Positions 23,900 through 37,100 are shown, counted from the first letter of the stretch. The stretch is 64,000 bases of DNA from Amphiscolops sp. MND2022 (GCA_964187785.1 OZ076410.1:77934001-77998000); one strand, 5' to 3'. Notes: generated by a model from the letters alone, not told the origin. Numbers and translations: made by a program.

Positions 23900-26800
23900 A
23901 TGTCTGAGAACGAAGATGCCCTAGCGTTTGGTGCTTCGTTGTCTGATTTAGTGTCAGAAGTGGCGAACCAAATGGCAGGGCTGGATGCCCCTACTTTCGA
24001 GGAGAGTGGCGTTGGATTAAATCTGCCCGATTTAATGTTGAAGGCCAGTCCATGTTGTCAGTTATCCACGCGTGTTACTGCATCTAATGTCGCTGGGTTG
24101 GGCGAGTTGTTGGATCTCGTACTATCTCAAGAATTCGGTGAGTGCTTTTGATTTATGTGGCATTTTTCCCGTTCCTTTTAGGGTCTGTCTGTAGCAGTCA
24201 TATTGCTTGTGTCAGTATGTCTGCGGTTTAGATTAAGGGTACGTTTGTTCCGTGTGCCTACTGGGAAGTTAGCATTCGTAAGAAAGGGTTTTTGGAAATA
24301 CTTTGGCGGCCGGGCGGGAATAACGTCTAAGGAATAACGTCTAAGGAATAACGTCTAAGGAAGAACGTCTAAGGAATAACGTCTAAATTGAAAACGGGAA
24401 TAACGTCTAAATTTAAATCATTTTTCGGGAATAACGTCTAAAGTTTTAGACGTTATTCCCGTTTTTTTAGACGTTATTCTCGTTTTTTAGACGTCATTCC
24501 TGTTTTGAAAGTTGAACTTTCTGAAATCAAAAAAAATATTTCTGATTATTTTCACAACAAATTGCTTAAAAATGGGTCCTGGCAAGTGTATCATTGTCTA
24601 CGTTACCCTTAATTCGAACAACAACAATTCATAGTTATTTATTTTTTTCCCACTTATTGTGGGGACGTATTCGGTGTATGCACGCTCGCCCTCACCGTCG
24701 CAAAGACCAGCTCCCACTACGATCGCTTCGCGATCTCCGTTCCCGCTAGGTCTTTGCTCCTGTTCGACCTCGCTTAGCAATATGGGAACATAAGCGGCCC
24801 CAAGCGGCCGCGGGGCACTAGAGGAAATGGGGACATATCCGAGACATGTTTAATACTTTGTATCACTTCATAGCATCAGATCTTAATTGACCTGAATTTT
24901 TTCAATTTTAGCCGTTATTCCCGTTTTTCGGACGTATTTTGACAATTTTTCTGTATTTTAGTCGTTTTTTTCGTAATTAAGACGTTATTCCCGTTTTCAG
25001 GTTTGGACGTTATTCCTCTTTTTAGACATTATTCCTCTGTTTAGACGTTATTCCCGTTTTTTTAGACGTTATTCCCTAATATTTCAGTTTAGATGTTATT
25101 CCTTTAGACGTTATTCCCCGTGGACCTTTAGACGTTATTCCTTAGACGTTATTCCCTCGTCTAACTTTGGCGTTGTTTCAGCTGATGTTACCATGCCTGA
25201 GCTCATCAGTTACATGCGACGGTTCCGTCGGTCCGTTGAGTCTGGAAGCGGTGATAGTGGAGAAGTCGGGACTGCAGAGCTTTTCGGCAGATTGGATGCC
25301 TTTCTGGCGTCGCATCTCGGTTAGTGAATCATGTGTTGGGTCATTGTTAAACAACAGTCATCTGGGCTGGATGCTCTCGGTCTGGGGGTTTGGTTTGCGT
25401 ACGTCCATCTAGTAACGGGTTCCAATGGGGAATTATAGCTTTGGGTGTTTGTTGTTATTTGCAGATGCTGGAGTGCGTGCTGAAGTCGCCGTTGGGCGAT
25501 TATCGGAGTTGTTCAAGCGGATAGAGCGCGAGCTGAATCAGTGGGTAAAGGCTGCTGTTGAGTCAACGTTGGGGCACCTCGGGACTGTGGGTGCTTTGGC
25601 AGCAGAAGATTTCTGGACCAAGTTGAAAACAGCATTGCAGGAGGCAGGACGTCCGCTGGTTGAGTCCAATGCAGAGTTGCCGTCCATGCCCAGTGTATCC
25701 CGTTCGAGGTGTGTGGCTGGGAGTCTTGATGGGACGTCAGTAAGAAGTCCCTTGGAGTCATCAGTGGTGCCGTCTGAGTTTGGGCATGGTGGTGGAGACC
25801 CGTCAGTATCTGGTGTCGGCATTCCCCCGTCATCGTCAAAACCTGGTAAGAAATCTCCAAAGATCACGTGAGCGGTTTTAGTTATAATGGTGTGATCAAG
25901 TTAAGCTTAGAGGCGTAGTTTAACGTAAACTAGCATAGATAAAATTTTTTTTGAGAGATTTTTGTTTTGGTTTAGTGCGCAAAAGACCTATCAAGACGTT
26001 GAAGCCATCCTTTTTTGTGTCTGGTGTTGTCGGGGATTTTGTTGGGTTCCCTAGAAACAAGAGGGTCATCGATGGCTTCGCTCGCTGTTTGTTGTGCAAG
26101 GTAGACCTGAGCATAGCTGGACGAGGTTTGCATAACTTATGGGACCACTGGAGAGGGCGGGAACACACTCGCTTAGAACAGAAGTACCGGATCATGATGA
26201 ATAGGCCTCTGCTGGACCGGTCATGTCGTCCCGTTTCAAAGGAGGAAGATCAGAGAATTCGGATGGAACGGATGTTCGAACCCCCTGTGTATCTGGAGTC
26301 TGCATTGGGGTTGACTGTTGAAGAGCGCATCGCCATTGAAGTTGCGGAAGCAGAGTCAGCGGAAAAGCCGAAGTTGTCTGATGAGAGTGCTGCCTATCTG
26401 TGGTTGTGTAACTTCATAAACTGTTTTGTGTCAATGACTGGATTTGGACCTGTAGTGAATTTCATGGAGAGATGGGCAGACAATCTTCGTGGTGAAGTTC
26501 GGCTTGCTGTGCGTTCGCTGACTCACAGTGGATGTCAGGTAGTTGTCGTTGTTCGTTGTTTTTTTTAGGTGAAGCGTCTGTGGTTTTGTGAAAACTATGT
26601 ATACTTACGTTTTGATGTGTTTGAGTGTTGGGGGGTCATTAGGGAGGTGTTTTGACTTGTTGTGCCCTGCGTTAACTTTGTGTGTTGTTCTGTGTTTAGA
26701 GTCTGGTGCTTTATGGTGTTTATCCATATGTAATTGAGAAGTTCGACGCCATGTTGGCCACTGGGGCACGTTTTGGATTTCACTTAATGCGAGACGGAAG

Positions 26801-28993
26801 TTTGCGTCGCCTGGACTGTCATGTGTTTGACGGTCTGACAGTCAAGTCCTTTGTTCTGGCTGTGGTTCCTGCTGGTCATGGTTGGGAACAAAAGTTGTTG
26901 CGGAATACTTTGTCCGTCCTCGCATGTGTCACGTCCCGTGGAGGCTTGTCCTTTGTGTGTGTCTCAGACAACATTCGCTTGGGGCGGGCTCTAGCTACAG
27001 TGTCGCACCCTGTGGTGCCCGTGGTCGGCAAACGATTCGATCTGGATTGGATGCGAGATGTCATCTCGCGGCAGTTCCTAAAGGATTTCAGTGGGCTCCA
27101 GCCTTTTGGAGTGCTGGAGTACTTCCGGTACCGTTTGTCCGCGGTCATCTCAGACAGTGCTTTTGACCAAATGCCGATGTTACGAAGAGTGAGTATCGTG
27201 TCGTTTGCTAGTTATTTGTTTCTTTTGTGTTGGTTGTACATATATTTTTTTGTTTTTTGCAACCGGGGTAAAAGTATGCGAGTGTTCATGTACGATAGTT
27301 CCTCATCGCGTATTTTAGTTTGTTGCTGGGGAATTGGCGCGGATCCCGGATCTTGCTAGCTTGTGTGCGGAATTGGTACAACGATGGGATGACTTGGGTG
27401 TGTATTTCGGGGTCCACCGGGCAGTCGGCGGTCTGGAGACGAGAAACATGACCTCCATGGAAACACAAGTTTTCAACGATGCGATGGCACGACCGCGCTT
27501 CGCCGTCCTCAAGTTCATCCTCGAAACCGGTGAGTATGTTGTTTCGTAGCGTAGTTCTGCCTGGTACTGGGGAGGGTGTTTTTGTAGAGTTTTGGGTTGG
27601 GTAGTGTATCGTATGTTGGTTGTTTTATAGCCTTAATTTGTGTGTTTTTGTTTTAGTTGTCGCTCAGTGTCCTCGATTATGCAGTTCAGGCCGAGATCGG
27701 GTGTTCTGTTTTGAGCGTGAGTTGGCTCTGTTCCTGCGGGCTCTGTGGACTCTAGTGTATGGTTCGGACGATCTACCTGTGGAGTTCGATGTGCAAGGAC
27801 TGCTGAGCTACCGCGGAGGAGAGTGTGGAACGATCGACGAAGCACGATATCAGGCTTTGTTCGGACAATATTTCCGGTTCGACGTGAGTCAGCAGCGTCC
27901 CTATTTCTACCGGGAGGTCCAGAAGTTCTTGAAGAGCATCTGTGGTCAGTTCGTGGACGAGTTTGAGCAGGGATGGATACGGCATTTGAGTCTAATGCCG
28001 TTTGACCCAACTTTGATGTTCAACGGATCGATGGACCGCTTAGTGGACCGATTGGTAGCAACTGTCTCAGTGTTGAGGTTCAGTGATCTGTGCGAGTCAG
28101 ACGACGGAGGGATCATTCTCCGGCAATACCGTGAAGTGGTGGAGCATTTCAAGCGACGGTGGACAACTGGGGTGCCAGTAATTGATGATATTGTGGCGAT
28201 GTGGATGTCATATCCTAACTGGTCGCGATGTCAAGCTTTGCTGGGAGTTGTTCAAGTCGTGTTTGGTGGAATGATACACGGATGCTATAGGACCGATTTC
28301 AGAGACCTGGGAGTAACCGTCATCGATGACGGAGTAATGTTATCCAGTTTGAATCTCGTTCGTAGCTGGATGTCCAGTGGATTCGTAGGGCAGTCTCGAT
28401 GCTCTATGACTGGTTTTACGCGTCACTGTCAGACAACGGACATGCAAACGTCGCGGTTGCAAGATGAATCTCACTGTGTTCCTTGGGAACAACTGCTGAA
28501 AGTGGGAATTGATGATTTGTATGATCGTTGTTCTGTTGCGCTGGGATCATCTAGTGGACTCCCGGAGGTTCCCGTTGTGGACGAGTATCGGTCGACTGTG
28601 TGCGAGCAATTAAGGACACTGGCGGCGAATGCTGTGGCAGTCAAAAGTCCGACGAAGAAGATATCGGTTCAAGGAACGAGTGTTAAGGCGACTGATGGAC
28701 GGGGCCCTCGGACTCAAACATCGGTGGGAATAAGTAGTGGTATTCCAGCAAAAGTCACTCCTAAGCGGAAACAACCTACTGGGACTGCTCAATCGAGAGG
28801 GAACAGAGGGCAGAGAACTGGAGGTGTACCGACGAAGCCGAAAAAAGTTGCGAGTTCGAGTGCAGATACTGGGTCTGCTGTGGGGCCAAGTGGAGAAGGA
28901 GGAAGTCCGGCTTCCGCTGTCATGGATAATGACTCAGTTGATAGCGCGTTATTTGCCCAAAAGGCTCGATCCGAGTCATCCGAAGAGTATTGA
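23900..28993 (+). CDS. Seven-exon hAT-transposase-derived protein (~1118 aa) with a BED-like zinc finger and hAT dimerisation-like domain; catalytic motifs degenerate
   Basis: Exons 23900-24137, 25182-25319, 25465-25845, 25976-26538, 26700-27188, 27319-27529 and 27657-28993 are all GT-AG and sum to 3357 nt in frame. Motifs RCLLCKVDLSI..G...L.DH....H, RWDDLGVYF, HLSLMPFDP, W-x-x-YP. Confidence 0.8.
24309..25163. mobile_element. Foldback (MULE/FB-like) element with GGAATAACGTCTAA arm arrays and a 9-bp TSD
   Basis: Direct repeat ACTTTGGCG at 24300-24308 and 25164-25172. Inverted 14-mer arrays surround a GC-rich core. The outermost 7 bp do not pair. Confidence 0.85.
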
Positions 28994-29834
28994 CCCCGAA
29001 AACCTTTAGTGTAGTTTCACCTGAGTTGAACTCTTTGAAGTGAACTTTTCGCTTTTTGGCTTTAGATTTTTGAAGTTGATTGATTTTAGTTTTCACTTCG
29101 TTTTCTGGCAGTATGATTTTTTTTGTTGATTGCTGTTTGATTTTGATGATGCATACCTATTACCTATACCCGTTGACTTTGGTTCTTAGACAGATATGTT
29201 GGGAATTGAGATTCTTGAATTGAAATTGCGTTAGCTGAATCGTTGTTTTTTAAGGAGGCTCATTAAGCAACAGATGTAGACTTGGATTCATTTGTTAAGC
29301 TGTTCTTAATGTCTTTTGGCATGTACTGAATGTGTCATTTTGCTACTGGAGACCGCAAGTAACTATCGTTAGGTTGAGTTCCTTTTGTTAGGTTGACGTA
29401 GTCTAGTAATGTGGTTCAAAATTTTGCCGCTAACTCCTAAGTTCTTTCCTAACACGAGGCGAAGCCAACGAATTGTCAGGAGTGCCTAAGGGGTTGGGCG
29501 TAACGTGGTTCTGATTTGGTAAGTATTACTGGATTACCGTTTTAATGCATTTGGTTTTTGGTTGAAGTTATATTTTTGTTACGTAATCGATGTAGTTTTC
29601 TTTAGTTGTCACTATTTAGATTTTGGTGTGAATTGAATAAATTATGCTTCGCTTGCGTTCGCGTTGCACGTGTTTCCACTGCGGATTCGTTGCGATGACT
29701 GGTGTTTGCAGTCGTCGCATGGCGGCGCCGCCATATTTGCTATTGGCAAGCGGTATGAGCTATTAGGGGATTAGCTTGGGTAGGTATTGATGACTGCAGG
29801 CCATGTTCGTCGTGTTTGGCAGTTCGTTCAGCAG

Positions 29835-30056
29835 CGTCAGAACCGCTGGTTTCATTGGTTAATACGTTTACACCGTTCCCTTCTCTAATATTAGAGGCTT
29901 CTTCTAATCTAGAATGAGACTCTTTTCAGTCAAGGACAGTGCTATGTTCGTCAGTTCTCCAATCTGTCTGTTCATGTCAAGAAATTGTCGTTCTATAAAA
30001 TCTTGGTTCTGAACTCTTCGGTTCTTTAGCAAGTCACTGTTCTTGTTAATGTAAAA
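29835..30056 (-). mobile_element. Degenerate Gypsy LTR/Gag N-terminus fragment
   Basis: Peptide IERQFLDMNRQIGELTNIAL matches the LTR peptides at 22945 and 48080. Confidence 0.6.
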
Positions 30057-30279
30057 TGTACGACTGCACGTCTCAGTTGTTGGAACCCTCAATTAGCACA
30101 TGTACTAATTCAAATAGAATGTATAACTGCATGTTTCAGTCGTCAAAGCAACTAATTGGCGTGATTACTGGACTGAGGTGGAAGATACAACTGTTTGTTT
30201 CAGTCGTTATATTGATTTCAGACTCAACTTGTCAGAACGGATTAATTATCACAGTAATAAATGTGATAGGTGCAAAAGC

Positions 30280-32967
30280 ATCTTTTTCATGTGAAATTGG
30301 GTACAAAGGTTTGGTTTTATTGTATGGTATCACAATAGTAACTGCATGAATGAAAGTGTTTGGACGAATGGTTATCCCGGTCATACTCATTAGAAATTTG
30401 GAATTGCATGCATCTTAATATAAAATATATTAAATTGACCACTGGTTGTCCTAGTCATAATTAAATGTATTTTCAAACGTAAGGTAAACAAAGGTATCAC
30501 AGGTTGTAAATGCGTATGTGACGCTTGGCTATACCAGTCATACAGAGATATCTCATTCTGGCAAAAACGAACCTTAAAATAAGGACAACAACCCTTAGTC
30601 GTCACCAAAAGTGAAACTTACGCAAATCATCCTACATCGAACTCAGGATACAAAAAGTACTCAGCTAAAACGTGTCAATTCAAGATGTAAAACTAGAATT
30701 ACAATCAATCAAACTAAGAATAACCAGATAATGCATGAAAACATGGAACAAGAGACCAAAACTGTAAGGAAATACCAGAAACAACTGTACAATGACGTCA
30801 TATTTCACATTTCCTTCCTTCCGCTACTCGGTTCACTTCCACCCGACGCCAATCTGGAATGAATGCTAACAATAACAACTGACACCTGTAGTCGTCAATT
30901 TCCTAAACCGATTTAGCGAATACACGTTTCAACTTACTGACCATGTAATTTTAGAATGTTGTGTTGTACATCCAGTAGCAATATTATTCGTTTGTTAAAT
31001 CATGATGACTACCGCGACCTTCAGTCGTCATTAGTATTTAGAGCATCGATTATACATGTAACCAATCTGTAAAAGTGCCGTAATCTTGGTTACAACGACA
31101 ATCATTAGTCGTGACAACTGATAGTCCCAGTCATTATCATATCAATATTTAACTGCATCGTAATTAGAAACATCATAATGGTGATGAGTGTATTTGACAA
31201 CTGTATGTTTCGGTTATGTTTACATGTAATGAACTGAATGTGTACATGTTGAAATCTAATAAAACACATCACAGTGAAAGGAATGAATATTACAACTGTG
31301 TATTGCAGTCCTACATGTGTGGATACTTGGTTAAATATGAAATTCAATGCATCGAACTGGTGAAATGAGTTATTGACAACTGATAATTCCAGTCCTGACT
31401 GCACGTATATTCAAACGAATCGGATTAATAAGCATTGATAACGATACAAATACTCATTGACAACTGACAGTCCCAGTCATGATTTTATCAATATTCAAAA
31501 TGCATCGTAATTAGAAACATCATCATGGTGATGAGTGTATTTGACAACTAGAGGTTTTCGTCGTCGCTATTATCGGAAGCTTGCTAAGCGCGTTACCTGA
31601 ATGGGACAGTATTGGTAATCTTTGGTTATCTTTTTCATGTGAAATTGGGTACAAAGGTTTGGTTTTATTGTATGGTATCACAATAGTAACTGCATGAATG
31701 AAAGTGTTTGGACGAATGGTTATCCCGGTCATACTCATTAGAAATTTGGAATTGCATGCATCTTAATATAAAATATATTAAATTGACCACTGGTTGTCCT
31801 AGTCATAATTAAATGTATTTTCAAACGTAAGGTAAACAAAGGTATCACAGGTTGTAAATGCGTATGTGACGCTTGGCTATACCAGTCATACAGAGATATC
31901 TCATTCTGGCAAAAACGAACCTTAAAATAAGGACAACAACCCTTAGTCGTCACCAAAAGTGAAACTTACGCAAATCATCCTACATCGAACTCAGGATACA
32001 AAAAGTACTCAGCTAAAACGTGTCAATTCAAGATGTAAAACTAGAATTACAATCAATCAAACTAAGAATAACCAGATAATGCATGAAAACATGGAACAAG
32101 AGACCAAAACTGTAAGGAAATACCAGAAACAACTGTACAATGACGTCATATTTCACATTTCCTTCCTTCCGCTACTCGGTTCACTTCCACCCGACGCCAA
32201 TCTGGAATGAATGCTAACAATAACAACTGACACCTGTAGTCGTCAATTTCCTAAACCGATTTAGCGAATACACGTTTCAACTTACTGACCATGTAATTTT
32301 AGAATGTTGTGTTGTACATCCAGTAGCAATATTATTCGTTTGTTAAATCATGATGACTACCGCGACCTTCAGTCGTCATTAGTATTTAGAGCATCGATTA
32401 TACATGTAACCAATCTGTAAAAGTGCCGTAATCTTGGTTACAACGACAATCATTAGTCGTGACAACTGATAGTCCCAGTCATTATCATATCAATATTTAA
32501 CTGCATCGTAATTAGAAACATCATAATGGTGATGAGTGTATTTGACAACTGTATGTTTCGGTTATGTTTACATGTAATGAACTGAATGTGTACATGTTGA
32601 AATCTAATAAAACACATCACAGTGAAAGGAATGAATATTACAACTGTGTATTGCAGTCCTACATGTGTGGATACTTGGTTAAATATGAAATTCAATGCAT
32701 CGAACTGGTGAAATGAGTTATTGACAACTGATAATTCCAGTCCTGACTGCACGTATATTCAAACGAATCGGATTAATAAGCATTGATAACGATACAAATA
32801 CTCATTGACAACTGACAGTCCCAGTCATGATTTTATCAATATTCAAAATGCATCGTAATTAGAAACATCATCATGGTGATGAGTGTATTTGACAACTAGA
32901 GGTTTTCGTCGTCGCTATTATCGGAAGCTTGCTAAGCGCGTTACCTGAATGGGACAGTATTGGTAAT
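30280..32967 (+). repeat. Apparently exact 1348-bp tandem duplication
   Basis: 30280-31619 matches 31628-32967 at offset 1348; three ORF pairs translate identically; 8-nt junction CTTTGGTT. Confidence 0.95.
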
Positions 32968-34104
32968 TCCTTTGATTTCCGTTCAATTGCAAGCGTGACA
33001 ACTGTGAATAGCGGTCCTCAGTTATTATTTCGGTTGGCTTCGCTTTCTAGCAGGACTCAGTGTAATTTATATGGTTCATGTAGGTTTGAGAAAGTGTAGG
33101 ACACCTTCATTATTTTTATATTACACTTTGCTGCACAACTACACGAGTGGATTACTACAGTCTTTGACAAATTTACAGTAATTGACTATTTTACCCAAAA
33201 AACTAATTACACCAAGTGATCACTTTCCACTTTTGTGGGACATGTATCGTAATGTTCAATTTTCCGTCCACTGGAAAATTAAGAAACCGTACCAATTAAC
33301 GACTGACACCTTCAGTTGTCTCAGCTGATTCCAACGTCTTTTGCTATCAGTGTGTTATCATACGTAAATACTTGAGGACAGCGAAAAAGGGAGCGAAGTC
33401 ACTCTCCGAAAGTGTTAAACGTATTGATGATCATGGTTAGTATTAAAATACATGTACATTTTGGAAAATGATTGGAAAGGAGTGAAAGAAAGTTCACTTT
33501 CTATTTTGAGATTAGTCAAACGTTTGGGTTCCTATTCTTGTCCCCCCGCATTTGTTTTGAAAAAATTTGTCTTCTAAAGGATTCTAAATTATTCTATATC
33601 ATGTTTTACTTTTTCAGAAAAAGCTACCGTTCCCGAAAAGGTTCAAATGAAAATCAAATCGATTTTTCAACAAAAAATAGTGCGGTAATTCTTTTGTTTA
33701 ATTTTGTTGAACTTGTATTTGTTGAAATTTGAACCATCAAGTCTTACATTACAAGACACAACTTTCACGAGCCTCAAAAGTTTATTAAATATCCTTAAAT
33801 GCTCCACAAGGGAATTTTCACTGGCCCCTAATGTATTCTTTTGTATTAATTTTACCTATTTGTATGTTTTAACTTTTTCGAAAATTTAAGGATTTTTAAT
33901 AATTGGTGAAAACGGAGGATTCTATAAACACGCTAGTTAGAACTTGTTACCCTTTGCACTTTGCGCCTGTTATTTCAGTGAAAACAAGGTTTTGTTTGCA
34001 GCTATTCTTTCAAGTAATTGAGACTCGGATAGAAGATACAAAGTGTCACAAAGAACCACAATTTTATCAAACATTTAATGCGAAATTAGAAGAAGGGTAT
34101 AAAA

Positions 34105-37100
34105 CTATGACTCCTCATCCTTTTCTGTTTGTCTTTTGCCGAATATCTTCTCGATGTCTTGTGTGAGGTTTGAATAGTTTTGCTTCCGATATTCTTTTAA
34201 TAGAGCAAACGATCCCTTCGTGACTCCTTCATTCATTTCTGCGGCTTCGCACTGTCGTTTGAACAATGGCTTTATGTCACGAATGGGCACTATCGGTATG
34301 TCATTTCCTGGTTTTATTTGATAGTTAACTGGGCCAAGCAAGGTCATTTTGTTCAGGCAATCAACAACAAACTTGACATTTAAAATAACAACTCCCGATT
34401 GTACAAAACATCTTAGTTTCAAAGCTCTTTCTCTATTTTTGACGATTTTTCCACGTTCCTCCACTGGTCTTTCAACCCCTGGCTCACCAGTTGCTATTCT
34501 AAGATCTGTGTCATTTTGTACTAAAATATAGCAAAACGGCAAATGAGAGTGCTTTTCAGTCAGTGTTTTCAGTACATCTTGGGTTGTCACAAGGCCTCCA
34601 CCTTCGAGAATCATCATTTCAACTTGATCCTGCGTTAGTTTAGCTTTTCGGAAATCTCCGAAAACGGTGAAACGTAGTCCTCGAAAGATGTGATCTTTCT
34701 CGCAAGGTTTATTGATTTGAATAGATCTCGCTTTAATCGTTTTCCTGCATATCCATAGGTAATCCATGTGGAAGGTTGGAATCGGCCGGAAGATACTGCG
34801 CAGCTGTATCATACTCTCTTCAAAAGTGATTTGTTGTTCGCTTTGGATATAGCATCGAAAAAATGACAAAACAAGGTCTTGAAGCATGGGATCAACGTGA
34901 ATTATTTTACCTCCCCCACGCATTGTCTTTTGATGGTAAAATTGATGCGCTCGATGATTCGAGTGCTCCATGGCTTCAGTTAGGTGGTCCCAAGGTGACC
35001 GGATGCAACCTGCTTCGACCAATTTGGGAATAAGAAGGAGCTTCACTTTATAAGGCGTAACTTCGCCAAAGAAAGCCATTGAGATATGATAGTATGTCTC
35101 TGCCCAGAAATTGTTTTCATCAATGAGTTTTTGAGGGAACCCGTTCTTCGAACCTCTGAGAATAATATTCATATTGTTCAAGGATTGCCGCCATAACTCT
35201 GCGGCATCGTATTTTGACATCAAATATCGATTTGTTTTGTCTTGAATTATTTCTTCATGTTTGAAAAGTTTTTTGTGATACATTTGAAGAATTTCTAGGT
35301 TAGCCGGATGGCCCGCCAGGTACTCGTTTTCTTTGAAGACACCATCGAAAAGGTTTCTTTGTATTCCACTCTCGCTTCCAAATTCGTCCCGATGAGCAAT
35401 CACGAGCAGTGCTTCTTTCCCACTTAAAGACACAGAATTGCAGCTAGTTGGTCCACTTTTGCTTGTAATAATATTGAATCTGAACCTGGGCTCCTTCACG
35501 CCTCTCTCAGTTAGATTAGATTCGAATAAATTCAAAACAGTGTAAATTGTTTTCCCGCGGGTCTCAATCAGTTGGTTGCAAAATTTTTGCAAGTCATTCT
35601 CAACCATCCTTGTAATACCATGGCAAGTGTCAACGCAAACTCTTCGGATATCGTCAAGATAAATAAGGGATGTTGACGGCAATAGCTGCCAGGGTATATC
35701 CAAAGTTGTCCGTTTCTTCGTGTTGGGATCAACTGTTGATGACAAAAATGGTTGGAAAACTTTCTTTCCATCTTTGACGCTGAAACAAATTGATGACTTT
35801 TTGCCGACATAGATTGCGCATTTGGAGTTGTCTTCAACGTTGTCACCATTAACTAGTCGCATTACAAATGGCTGATCGCCGGATAACGTCAGATTCACTT
35901 TGTTTTCTTCGACCAAGGCCTTAGTCTGTTGGTAAAGCCATCCACTTTTTTGAACGCCAACTTCTGTTGGGCCAAGGTTTTGTTCCAGTGCAAATCTGCT
36001 ATCATGGCCTGAAACAATGCAAACAACTAGACGTCAGTAAGTTGAGAGCACTGAAGCGCTTCAAAATACTAAGGTTACTACACTAAGGCGCTTCTAAAGC
36101 ATTCATTTGCTTCAAAAATTTAGTTGAATTTAAAACATTCATTTTCTCAAACAACTTTCGAACATTTTTGTACAAACCTTTGAAGCAGGCAAACGTGAAA
36201 CATGCATCTGATGATTGTGGACTTATTTTCCCATTTGTGTCGAGAAATGGGAAAACCATCCGCGTACACTCCGCGTTTCCAATTTCAACCCCGTCACCCC
36301 AAAGGTCGACTGCCACACCTTCTAATGATTCACTTCCCGTCAGGAGGTAGTGAGAGGTTCTCACTAATGTAACTAAGTCGGCTCTAAATCCTGAATGTGT
36401 TTTTTTCCGGCTGGCATATGTTGTAATAGAAACAATGGAGAGGTTTTGACAACTTATTTATTGTTGTAACACTGGGAACTAACTGATCGTTTCTAATTCC
36501 ATGTAAGTCAAATAAAGCCTCGAGATAACCGAGCAAATCAACAACATTGCCAGTTTTCTTGATCAAATACAAATGCTCCTTGAATTGCCGGGAGTATCTT
36601 GAAGGAAAAAGTGTTTCCATGATTTGTTTCAAATAATTAGGCCGTAGTGCAAGTTTTTTTTATTGGCAATGTCGGCTTTATCTTTTAAATATTGGATCAA
36701 ACTCCCATTTTCCAAATCTCGGTTGTTCATTTGATTCAACACATCACTCCAGAAAAGATTGCTACTAGTATAAAAAATTGGCTCTGGTAGAACCACATTT
36801 TGTGTTTTTGGTGTGTCTCGATTCTCCAGTTTCCGCAGAAATTTGCTCATTTCCGAGTTGCTTTCTACTGGCTCGCTGTCTGGGATAAATTCCGGGCCAA
36901 AGAAATGTGCAACAAAACGTCGGCGACGATCTGTCCACGAGAGGCCTGTGAATCCTTTAAAAACAAGCAATAGTGCAATTTTGAATGCAATGGCATTGAA
37001 TTTTGCTCTTCTACCTGACTCATTGCGCGTTGCACTAATGAAAACATCCGTGAATTGAACGTTCGTGCCATTTAAAAGACAAGTGATTGCTGGTTTAACT

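Noticed and set aside
24318-25160. Short repeat arrays resembling a CRISPR array
   Set aside because: The 13-14-bp units have no unique spacers, are arranged as inverted arms with a TSD, have no cas genes nearby, and sit in a eukaryotic context.
25513-28792. Minus-strand ORFs over the hAT-derived gene, and similar shadows over the SET, gag, BEL and GPCR regions
   Set aside because: Antisense or alternate-frame shadows of real coding sequence, with no motifs.
30390-32752. Paired 72-99 aa ORFs as duplicated genes
   Set aside because: They arise from the exact duplication of non-coding repeat DNA.
33124-33140. CACTTTG as the Transib-type left terminus of the transposase element
   Set aside because: I found no matching inverted end.
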